A stretch of DNA of 64,000 nucleotides from Azolla caroliniana (taxonomy: Eukaryota > Plantae > Polypodiophyta): contig JBHGNT010000004.1 of the NCBI GenBank assembly GCA_043228905.1, positions 24,056,001 through 24,120,000 on the forward strand. Reading direction: 5' to 3'. This document shows positions 13,220 through 24,356 of this stretch, piece after piece. The notes beneath the pieces were generated by a model. That model was not told where the DNA came from. It made no database searches and saw nothing but the letters and a program-made list of their open reading frames with translations. The translations under genes were made by a program, and so were the position numbers. How positions within the stretch are numbered: position 1 is the first letter of the stretch; each line of letters begins with the position of its first letter.

Positions 13220-15179
13220 GGTTTCTGCTGCTGAAGCTTCGCTACTCGTACCAGGGAGAAACAGAGAAGACAGAGAAACCCTAGATAGAACCCACAGAGA
13301 TCAAGACCTTCCGTTTCACATTTGTCCGGACAAAAAGATGATTGGGGCATGGAGTAAGCATATCATGTAACACGCGGAACATCGGTAACCATTCAAAATG
13401 TCGCACACCCCGATAATGAAGACGAAACGATCGAGCAACAAACCAACAAAAAGGAAATTCCGGTCTAACAATGGCAGAGAAGGCATAATATCTGTGTCCC
13501 TGGAAAACGTGGTGTCGGAGCTACTGACGTTACACGTTTAGTATGTGAATATCAATAACACTTGGAAGGCTCCAAGGAAAAGTGTCCCATGCTCAAGAAA
13601 CAACCCAGGGTTTGACGTGACGCAACACAACAGAGTGTGTGAAACGTGGGGCAAACTCTTGGTTGTTGACGTACACGAGAAACTATTCCAAGTGGTGCGA
13701 GAAACGTGGGCTTGCAAGGAATTTATGCCTCGGAATATTCCCAATGACTTGTGGATATGTTTGAATTTTATGTTCCTTGCAAGACAGTTATGTGTTGACG
13801 ATTGAGTACAATGACATTCTGTGCAAATAAATGCAATTGATGATTGTTTGTACTTGTAGACGAGATTATACTTCCATATAGCCCACGTGAAAAGTGCATC
13901 ATGCAAGACTTGAAACATAACCTAATAGTTAAGATAATTGGTTGTGTTCAGTTTTCATCTTGAGTTTCTTCATAAGGATAATAAGTACATGGTGAGGAAA
14001 GTGTCAAACACCCAATCAAACCAGTCTTTCAAGTAATAAACTAACCACTTTGTGTCACTTGTATCGAGTGGTTTGTATCGCTCTCTTCTTTCATTTGGAT
14101 GGATTTTTTAAATCATTTGTCATGGAGTCTTCTAGCGCACACTTACATTAACCAAACAAACATAATGTGGGCTCTAAATGCATGCCCCAAATTAATCTCC
14201 CTAATGGCTTAAAGATAAAGATATTATTCAATAACTGGTTGAGTTCCCTCTCCTTGTACTAGAATTCGAGAAGGTTGTTTGTTATACAACATATTGCTTG
14301 GATGAGAATCAATAAGGTTGTCTTTGAATTTTAGGATAAATTGAAGTGGACTCTCCTTTGGCAACCCTAGACTCGCATATGTGTATAATTGCAAGGAATA
14401 TATGATTAGGCATGGAGATGGAGCTAGGTGCGTGTATTGTAGGAATACATTTGATAATGGAGACAACTAATTCAATTTAGTTTTCTTTCACCTATGACAT
14501 ATGTTCTTCATCTATGCATGATGGTTGGTGTAGTAACATTCATCACAATCAACACTCATGGCTCGTGTCTATTCTACATCAAATCATAAAGAGGGCTGGC
14601 GAGGGAATCGCGGCCACAGACGATGCAGGTCGCTTAAAGGAAGGCGAGTGCGATCTACACCATCAGATTTCGATAAGGAAGAACGCGCGAAAAAAAAAGT
14701 TGTCAGAGGTTGCCCAACTCTGACTGTTGCAAGTCGCCCAACCGTTTTAGGTCACCCAACCCTGACATTTGCAGGTTGCCCAACCGTTGCAGGTCGCCCA
14801 ACCAAATGTATCATTTCGACCAAAATCTTCAAATAAGCTTGTTCATTACCCTTAAAACTTACAATAACATATCAAACAATCACAAAATCCAACCTTAAAT
14901 TATTCAAAATCGACGATCCTTACCATACTTATGTTAAAACAAATAATCATATTAAAACATAAAAGTTTAAAGTTAAAAAACATAAAACTTAAAACAGAGA
15001 ACGTAAATCCACTTTAAACACCGTAAACCCAAATTAAAGGATGACATACTTGAAACAAGAAACTTAAAACATAAATCAACATATGACATACTCCCAAATG
15101 CACTCATAAATCAACATAAATCCACTTGAAACATTGTAAACCCAAATGCATCGGTCTGCAAAACCACTCAAGCTATGTT

Positions 15180-16321
15180 TATGGCTCATCTGGAGATGAT
15201 GGCAAGGTGTGACCACAATTCTTGCAACAATCAACATTTGAGTCCCGTGATCTAAAGGTCAAGGCATCGCATCTTCTCTGTTGCACATATTGGGAATCAC
15301 ATCCTAGCTCGACTTGTGCCTCTTTGCATTTTTCCTGTGTGTGCCTTGGAAGTGTTTGGGGAGCTGCTAATAAGATCTTGTGAAATGTTGATTGATGCTC
15401 CCCTTTTTGCACCAATTGCTTGCTTACACCCTATGGATCCACGGTCTTCTTCATTGGTTGGTTTCGGTGCACCTAGGTGATACACTAGCGTCTGACCTAT
15501 TTCTTCAATGGACTCCATACATGCCAAAATTGTTGCACGGTCGAGGGATCATAACCCTTGCCTAAGACATTGAATAGCCCCCTCAATTGTTTGTATTTTT
15601 TACTCCCATTCCTCCATTTGTGATGTTATAGGGTTTGTCTCCTCGACTGGTTCTACCTCTGTCTCCACTTCCGCCTCTGTGAAATGGTCATTGCGCATAT
15701 GGGTTGCATGATCTATAAAAGGCAACGACCCACATAGATGTGGCACGTGCCTCTCAATAATCATCTTGATGCCGAGTATATGCTTACATTTACTCGTAGG
15801 GTCTTGGCAATCACAATATGAACATTGGAGTGATACATTATACCATACATTCGGTTTTGTCAAGCTCAATATTTTAAACCAATATCGGGGCTCGTCCACA
15901 ATATGCATTGTCGCGTAGCCTTTCGGCCTCTTTAAAGTCTTGTTGTTTGATCCCTACAATTTGCACGTGGTGCAAATCTACCACTCACACATATTTATTG
16001 GCGTTGCTTGTACCATTCAATGACAGTACCCCAGATGCAAGTGCCAGTTTGACTCTCCCCGATTAAAACATGCACAAGATCGGTAATTGATCGGTTTATC
16101 CTCCCTCTTAAGGCAGTATATTTGATAAACTACCAATGTCTCTCCACAAGATTGGTAGTGTCAACATGTCCGTAGTTGAACATTCTACCAAATTTGGGCC
16201 ATAGTTTCCTCCACACACATGTCAAGCCACACCATCCTCCTTCTATATATTGCCAAACACTTGGCTTGTTTGCATATTCTACCTTTAACTCCTCACATTG
16301 GGCATTGAATGTGGATTCCGT
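15180..16321 (-). pseudogene. MULE transposase 3' part with SWIM zinc finger
   Basis: DTTNLVERHW motif and SWIM C-D-C...CKH (YCDCQDPTSKCKHI); broken by stops and frameshifts. Confidence 0.82.
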
Positions 16322-17606
16322 TGTCGTGAAGATTTTTGGTAATAGTGTGAAAATCCCATAAAACGTACGAAATCGAGTATGAATCACATAATACAATAAT
16401 TGTGAAGATAACATTTTAAATAAATTTAATATCTAAGTACAAAATGATGGAGGTTTCGAATGCACTTTATTACACGAGAAACGGACAACTAAATGTCAAG
16501 ATATGAGGGTATAAAGTTTGTGAAAGGAAAAGAGAAAATTGTGAGATATCCCACATAGGCACGACAAATACGGCTCTCATAATATATAAGGTAGAGCAAA
16601 AGATATTATCTTTGTGTCTATGTGTGGAGCATAAAGAGTTCAAGGTAACTTGAACTAAGAGTGGAGGTGGGCTAGCTACTCGTAAAGGGTTTTGGCCAAC
16701 CAAAACCGGACCGGCGATGGATCCGGTGATCCGGCGGCAATCCGGCATCCGACGAGGCACCGGTAACCGACGGCAACCGGCGACGGCATCCGGCGGTGGC
16801 ACCGGTATCTGGCGCCGGTGAGACGACGACATCCGGCGATGGAGTCGATGATCCGACAACACCAGTATCCCGCGGCAACCGGCGATGGCATCCGGGGTCG
16901 GCACCGGTGAGACGACGACATCTAGCGAGGCATCGGTAACCGACGACATCCGGCAGCGGCACCGGTATCCGGCGCCGGTGAGACGACGACATCCGGCGAG
17001 GCACCGGTAACCGACGGCATCCGGCGACTAGATAAATAAATATATAAATATATATACATATATACATATACAAGGAGGGCAAGTAAGGATTCGAACCTTG
17101 CACCTCCAAGTTAGGAGTCAATTGGCTTACCATTAAGCCATGCTAATTAGTTGAATTTATATTTCTATCATTGTACTTTTACATGTAAATTCTTATACAT
17201 GAGAGCTAAAATGAGTGACATGGTTATCATGCACCACATGTAATACATAAGTGCCAAATGGCAAACATGCAATTTATGCATGTCTTGTACCCTCACATGC
17301 ATCATATGCATGAGAGCATCTATAAAAGAAGGAAGGGGGAGGAGAAAAAACACGGTTTTTTTTATGAAATTAAGAAGAAGAAATTCGTTATCAAATTGAT
17401 CGTGTAACTTGTTTCTTAAATATAAAGTTAAAAGTTCAATCAATCTCTCTCAATCGTGTAATCTCAACTTCTCTCTTTCCCAATATATCTTAAGTACTTT
17501 CTCGCTAAAGCTTGCACCAAAGCTTGTACTGACTTTGAATCCTTCCGGTTCAGAACCCCGGCGGTTCCGCCTCACGATCCACGGGTAGTGACGGATCTTC
17601 ACGACA
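16322..17606 (+). repeat. 5' LTR with GC-rich short-repeat array (~16706-17028), tRNA-like module and TATA near 17321
   Basis: Matches 32151-33435 at offset 15829. Confidence 0.96.
17075..17147 (-). ncRNA. tRNA-derived Pol III promoter module (SINE-head-like) inside the LTR; second copy at 32904-32976
   Basis: Minus strand: A box TGGCTTAATGG (17140-17130), anticodon-like loop CTCCTAA, B box GGTTCGAATCC (17097-17087) at tRNA spacing; D and T arms fold but the acceptor stem does not. Confidence 0.75.
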
Positions 17607-17614
17607 TAATAAAG

Positions 17615-17632
17615 TGGTGAACCCGACGTGAA
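17615..17632 (+). promoter_or_regulatory. Primer binding site complementary to the tRNA-Trp 3' end
   Basis: TGGTGAACCCGACGTGAA is the reverse complement of the plant tRNA-Trp end TTCACGTCGGGTTCACCA; also at 24314-24331 and 26300-26317. Confidence 0.85.
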
Positions 17633-17667
17633 AGAGGCGGTAGGAAGGATCAAGTCGAGATTAATAC

Positions 17668-19872
17668 TTGGTGATGTCGTCTTCAAGCAACCAAGCGGGA
17701 GAGCTCGAAAGGATGATGCTAATCGTCGAGCAAATGATGAGATCTCAGGACAATGACGCGAGCGTGGAGAAGGTTGTCGATCGTGTCATAGAGCTCGAGG
17801 GCCAATTCGATGGAAGGAACGTTACGAAGTTCCTTGATGCATATAGAAGGGAGATGAATCAGAGGGACGTGTCCGAGGCACGTCAAATCGCAAGCTTCGA
17901 GAGAGTTGTCGCCAACAACATCCAAAGACGCATCATCGAGCTTCAAGAAGGTAAGACAACATGGTCTGAGTTCGAGAAAATGATACTAGCGGAGTTCGTG
18001 ACTGAAGACTCAACGAGGATGACTCGACATGCCCTGATGAAGTGGATAGAGAAGAAGAATAAGAAGATGAGCGTCTCGAGGGTGTACGACGAATTCGACC
18101 AGATGTTTAGTCGTCTCCCCAATACGGACCAAGTGTTGCTTGAAGAGGACAAGACTTTGTACTTCTTGAAGGCCGTGGACATAAAGGATAGACGGGAGTT
18201 GGGGACTCTTCTCGAAGATGATACCCAAGCAAATGGGCTCGTAGCGGACTGGATCGCAATGAAGCGGGCATGCAATAGGCTCGACAAGCGTCGCCAATGG
18301 GTTGATGACACCGACTTGACGGGACCGACTACCACGGAGAAAGCAAGACTACCGAAAGTAGCTGAGCCGCCAAGACAAAGTAACGTGGAATAAAAGAAGA
18401 TTGACGACGACATCATTGAAGAGCTAGCGAAGAAGTTCGAGAAGGTCACGCTAGCCAACATGAATCGTCGGGGCCCTAAAGGAAAAGAACCCTTTAGATG
18501 CGTGTGGTGCGATAGCATGGACCACATGAGAAGGGATTGTGCGAGCCTTCGAGAGGCGATTCGACAAAATATCGTATACATAGAGGACAACATGATTTGC
18601 TCAAGCGAGACTAGAAGACCCCTACGGGTGAATTTCGGAAGAGGAGGAATGAAGAAATCTATGGAGGATGCCGATGCGACTCATGTGGATGTGATGCACT
18701 ATGTTGCGTCGGCCGGAATAAGAGTCGGGAAAGACAAGACTGAAGTTGCTAGAGCGGGAGCAAAGTTTTGGACTTCCGTTCTCGAATATGAGAAGAAGGG
18801 AAAAGTCACATCGAACGAGGTAGAGCTTGCGGACCGAAGCGTGCAAAGCATAACCGGGTGGTCGGATCCGGTGGACGACAACACCATACTCGCAGAGGTG
18901 ATGTGCGACAACCACGAGGTGTTCGTCGAAGAAAAGAGAAAGAGAATAGAAGAGCAAGGCCCATAAAAAAGACATGAAACAAGGAACGCAAAAAAGAAGG
19001 ACGATGCAGAGACGAGTCGACCTTTACAAACAAAGGAACGAGAATCAAGCTGAAAAGGGGAGTCGGGCATACGAGTTGAAGAAACGGTTCGGCCCGTGAA
19101 GGTTGGTGTCGAAGACCCCACTTGGAGGACAAGGACTATACCTACCTATAAGCTAAGGTCGGACATAGAGCAGACGACGGACCTAAAGAAGATTCTCAAA
19201 GAACGAGTTCTTGATAGCCACGTAACTTTGTCCTTGAGGGAATTGCTTGGCATTATGAAGAAGGAGTTCCATGACACGATCGCGGACCTTGTAAAGAGAA
19301 AGAGACAACAATCGGACGAGGAAGAAGAGAAGCCGCAAAAAGCAAAAACGAATGCCATAACGATGGCAAGAGATGAAATTGATGAAGATATGGTGGACAG
19401 CCACTACACTCGACCTCATTGGGCACGACCGACAACGGAGACGCCGGTGAAGATCGGGGAGAAGAAAGAGACCGTGGTAGCCTTGATCGACCACGGCTCG
19501 GAGATCAACCTCATGTCAACCGACTTCTACAAAAAAGGAAGATGGCCAATCAATACAAACCACGGATGGAAGATTCGCGCGGCAACAAAGTCTACGGAGG
19601 ACTTGTACGGAGCTTGTCCCAATATCAAAGTCACGATCGAGGATGTGGAGATGGATCAACACTTCTTCGTACAAGAATCGGCGTCGCATCCTGTCATCCT
19701 AGGGCAACCTTATATCACATCATCTCGGATGGAGACCAAAGTGTTCGATAATGGAGCAGCCTTCGCACAAATAAAGAGTCTTGACAACCAAAGATCGGTC
19801 CAATTCCTAATGGTGCGAGCCAATCATGAAAGGAATCGAGATAGTCTCGGAGGCGAATCCTCAGATTTTTAG
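17668..19872 (+). pseudogene. Gypsy gag (CCHC knuckle CVWCDSMDHMRRDC) plus aspartic protease (LIDHGSEIN), with premature stops
   Basis: ORFs 17668-18393, 18460-18966 and 19096-19872 lie in one frame separated by stops. Confidence 0.85.
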
Positions 19873-21415
19873 AGCGGACTATTGAAGCATGGGGCACAAA
19901 TAGTCTGAGCAATCACAAGACCCCACAAGAAAGAAGAGTGTGTGGATTGCAAGGAGAAGCAACATGTGTCACACCTAGTGGCGCATGTAAACTAGTACTA
20001 CCGGACAAGAAGCACAAGCGCCGGATACAAGAATTCGAGAAGATGCTGAAAGAAGAGAACATAATAGAAGAAGGAGAGTTCGTGACTCATATTATGGAAG
20101 AAGCCTAATTTAACGACACCATCGGCGAAATCGAGGACGTCGTGGACTTGAGCTATCTTCACAACCAACGCGTGATTTCGGTTAACTCCGTCAACATGTA
20201 CGCTATCATCGATGAATACCGTCATGGCATCTCGATGAAGGAAGCTGACATCAACATGAAATATAAAACGGTGGATAAGAAGATCAATCCAGTTGCGGTT
20301 CCGCTACCGGAAGATAGTTGGCAAAAGATGAAGGAAGTCGCTAACGATCCAAGCTTAAGAGATCCGAAGAAGATAGGTCATGTCTTCACCAAAGAGACGA
20401 AGGGGAAGCTATGAGTTGGAAAGGAGGATTTCCTTCTTCCTGAAGAGGAGCGAATGTTTCGCGATATGCTTGAGAGACATGGGAAGGCTTTCGCATTCTT
20501 CCCACGAGAAATCGGATGCGCTGACCCAAAGGTTATAGAGCAGATGGTGATCTTCACGGTGCCTCATGTGCCTTGGAATTTGAAACCGAAACCGGTTCCG
20601 AGAGCACACCTTCCGAAGCTGATCGAGCTCTTAAAGGAGAAGGTGAGTATGGGAATTCTAGAACCGTCGAATGCTCCTTATTCCAATAGGTGGTTCACGG
20701 TGCCGAAGAAGAATGGATCATTGCGATTCATCCAAGATCTTCAACCCGTCAACAAGGTGACAATTCGAAATGCCGGAATCGGTCCGAGCGTGGACGAATT
20801 TGCCGAAGCGTTTGCGGGCCGGTCTATCTACTCCATTGGCGATCTCTACTCCGGATATGACCAATTCCAATTGGCGATTGACAGTCGGGACATTACAACC
20901 ATGAGGACTCCGATCGGGCTTGTGCGGATGTGTACCTTACCCCAAGGCGCAACGAACTCGGTGGTGTCATGAACACATGTGGCTCATATGGTGAATGCCA
21001 TGAATAAAGTCTTGAAGGATTGCATTCTGGACATCACGATGCCATTCTTGGATGATATTCCGATAAAAGGATGTTCGGATGAGGAGAAAGATGAATCGAA
21101 AGATAAGGAAGGTTGTAGAAAGTTCGTTGTGGATCATATGAAAGATTGCGAGAAGGTGCTTCAAAGGCTCGAAGATGCAAATTTGACATTTTCGGGAGAA
21201 AAATCCGCATTCGGGCAACCGGAGATCTTGGTGGTAGGTCACTTGTGTGGAGCATACGGCCGGAAGCCCTCGCCATCCAAAGTGAACGCAATCCAAGACA
21301 TGAAAGAAGAATGCGAAAACCAAACGGAGGTTCGAAGGTTCCTTGGAGCGTGCACGTTTTATCATATATGGATTCCTCACTACGCTCATGTCGCCGAACC
21401 ATTATATGGACTACT
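19870..21415 (+). pseudogene. Gypsy pol, reverse transcriptase part
   Basis: GDLYSGYDQF, LPQGATNS and FLDDIPI; premature stops and an 18-bp insertion near 20965; cut at YGLL by the TIR element. Confidence 0.92.
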
Positions 21416-23703
21416 AACACCGGGTCATTTGAAACAGGTAATATTTCGCATTCTCTTTTTCATATCTTAGTGAGATGTTAAAAAATGCCTTATTTAAGCA
21501 GATTTTCAACAAGGCACGACGCATGTGTATGTGGTTTATGAAAACATAGCGAAAAAAAGAACTAACTAATATCACGTCAACAAAATCATCCGACGTATAT
21601 TCTATCTACCATGTTTTTGTCCAAATCTTAGACAGGGGTGTATTTGTCAACACAAGTATAATAGTAACACGGGTCCTTGTGCATATTCTAAAAAGCATGC
21701 CCCATTGAATAAGTGACTTCTTCTAATTATGTGTGTATATTTAAATATAATACATCTTAAAGCAAATTGTGAACCTTGCAATTAAGAGATACTACTATGT
21801 CAAGAGAAAATTTCCATTGACACATGATACATGACATTGTCAATGTATAAATAAACTAGTCTACAATAACATCCCAATCATACGAGTAAATGATAGAGTA
21901 TAAACTTATCTCCGATATACCCCAAATGATAAAGGAGAGTTTAGATAACATGTACACATACAAGTATACTTAATTTCTAAGTTCAATGATTGTTACACGA
22001 AAATGATAAGTAAGCTCAACTTATATATTACGTCAAAATTTAACAATTCATATTGTTCAAAATTTACAATAAGCCATAACCATTCAATCGAATAATAAGT
22101 CTGGTAAAGCCGTCTACTCAGGATTAGCTCTTTTATTAGGATTGTCCTCATTGGCTTCGTCAGTACGCTAAGTTGAATTGTTAGTATGTTCAGACTCTGA
22201 AACGTCTTCTAATTCAACAAGTTGCCCTGCGTCTTCATCTATAGTTCCACAAGTTTTCTAAAAGTCACATGGAACATCTAAGTTTTATTGATATGCTTTG
22301 CCCCAACTTCTTGGTCTTGATCAGGACAACCCCAGATACCTTGGATCCTCATTTTGATGACATTAACTTGCTCAAGGTCCTTCTCTAATGCAACAGAGTT
22401 CCTGATAATCTTTAAGGCATATGTTTTAGTAGTACATGACAGTAGAATGAAATTGCACAGGTAACATCAAACTGAAGAATAGAATATAACGTTAATCTAA
22501 ATTGATGTAAGTTTTATATTATATACCTGTGTCAGAAAACTAATCTAAAACCCATTGAAAATTTGAAACAATAAAATTTGAAAAAATAAAAAATCTTGGA
22601 TTTTTAATTGGAATCCAATGCGATGCACTAGATTTTAGTTGAAAATCCAAGTTTTTTTATTTTTGTAATTTTTAAAATTTTTTCCATTAAAAAATAAAAA
22701 ATGGATTTTCAGCTAAAATACTATGCACTACATTATATTTTAGTATATATAGCTAGAATCTAATGCAATGCGTTGGATTAGAGTCAAAAATCCTTTTTTC
22801 TTTTTTCTTTTTCCAATGTTATTTATTTATTTATTTTCCATATAAAAAAATAATAAACGGCTTTTCAACTAAAATCCGATACACTACATCAGATCGTAGT
22901 CTATACAGCTAGACATTGATGCATTGCATCAAATTTTAGCTGGCAATCCTCTTTCTTTTCAATTGTTTTTCATTTTTTCAAAAAATAAATAAAAATATAT
23001 TAAAAAAGTGGATTTCCAACTGAAATCTAATGCACTACATCAAATTTCAATTAAAAATCCAAATTTCTTTTAGGTTTTTCATAAAACAATGAGATAATAA
23101 AAAAATATTACATTTTCAACAAAATCTGAACCATTGAGTCGGATTTCAATTGCAAATTAATGTTTTATGAAAAAACATAAGAAAAATATTGGACTTTCAA
23201 CGGAAATCCGATGCACTGCATCGGATTTCTGTTGAAACTCAATGATTTTGAACGGAAATCCGATGCAATGCATCGGATTTCCATTGAAAATCGTGTTGAA
23301 AATGATCTGTTTTCAACGGGAATCCGATGCACTGCATCGGATTCCCGTTGAAAACACATCATTTTAAATGGAGAAAATCACAATTTGTTTATTTTTAACA
23401 CTATTTTAGAGAAAAATATAAACAAATAAGAAAATTTGTAAACAAACAAGAAAAAGTGAACTTTCAATAGAAATCCGATGCAGTGCATCGGATTTCCGTT
23501 GTCGTAGTGTAGGTTGCACACTATGTGGAAATTATATTTTTGTCCCTCCGGATAGAGAATGGAGTGCTCGGTGAGAACCGGAAGAAAACGGCATACCGGC
23601 AAGGAGGAAAAACGGCATACCGGCAAGGAGGAAAAACGGCATACCGGCAAGGAAGAGCCGGATAAAGAGACATAAATGTAAAAACAAAGGAAATACTCAC
23701 TAC

Positions 23704-23775
23704 TGCACAGGGCGTGATTCGAACTCTACACCTCCACGTTGACAAACCCCAACCTTACCATTACATTAACTTATC
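23704..23775 (-). ncRNA. Degenerate tRNA-like module in LTR-A
   Basis: Minus strand TAATGTAATGGTAAG...TGGAGGTGTAGAGTTCGAATCA, A-box-like and B-box-like at tRNA spacing. Confidence 0.6.
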
Positions 23776-24356
23776 TTAAGTGCTTTAAATATAGATTTAA
23801 TACGTATAAGACCTTTATTTATGCATACCTTTATTAAAAGGTAAATCGTGTATTTTTTAATATATGAAAAAGACGAGACACTAAAAATAACTCATGCACA
23901 TCTAGCGTGCATGAGCCCTATACTTAGGAAATAAAAAAGCATCACATGCACATTTAGTGGACATGAACACTTTTTGTAAAAAAAAAAAAAAAAAGCATGA
24001 AGCCATGCTTAGCTCTTCCTTCCTTATATAAGGAGGAGAGAAATATGTAAAGGGTTGTTGATTATTTGGATTAAGTATTAATCAATACAAAAAAATATTC
24101 GTGGGATTCACGATTTATACATCTACTTCTCTCTTAACACCCTAAGTACCAATTAATATAGTATACTCGTGTGATTCACGAGTTTCTTATCTTTCTCTTT
24201 GCTATTTACTCATAATTAATCTCTATCTTACGAGCTTCTTCCTCCTAGTCCAAGACCTCTGTGGTTCCCACCCGACTCACGCAACGATCCGGAGCCGAAA
24301 GGCACGACACATTTGGTGAACCCGACGTGAAGAGCAGCAGGGGAGGACGAAGATGG

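Noticed and set aside
13510-13920. PBS-like TGGTGTCGGAGC and following ORFs upstream of RPL39
   Set aside because: Two mismatches to the Met-i PBS, no adjacent LTR, and no recognisable protein motif
16470-17133. Overlapping minus-strand ORFs of 81-159 aa (and their copies at 32299-32962)
   Set aside because: By-products of the GC-rich LTR repeat array; low complexity and no domain
17075-17147. Functional tRNA-Arg(CCT) gene (and tRNA-Asp(GTC) at 23704-23775)
   Set aside because: Acceptor and anticodon stems do not pair properly; reported as tRNA-derived modules instead
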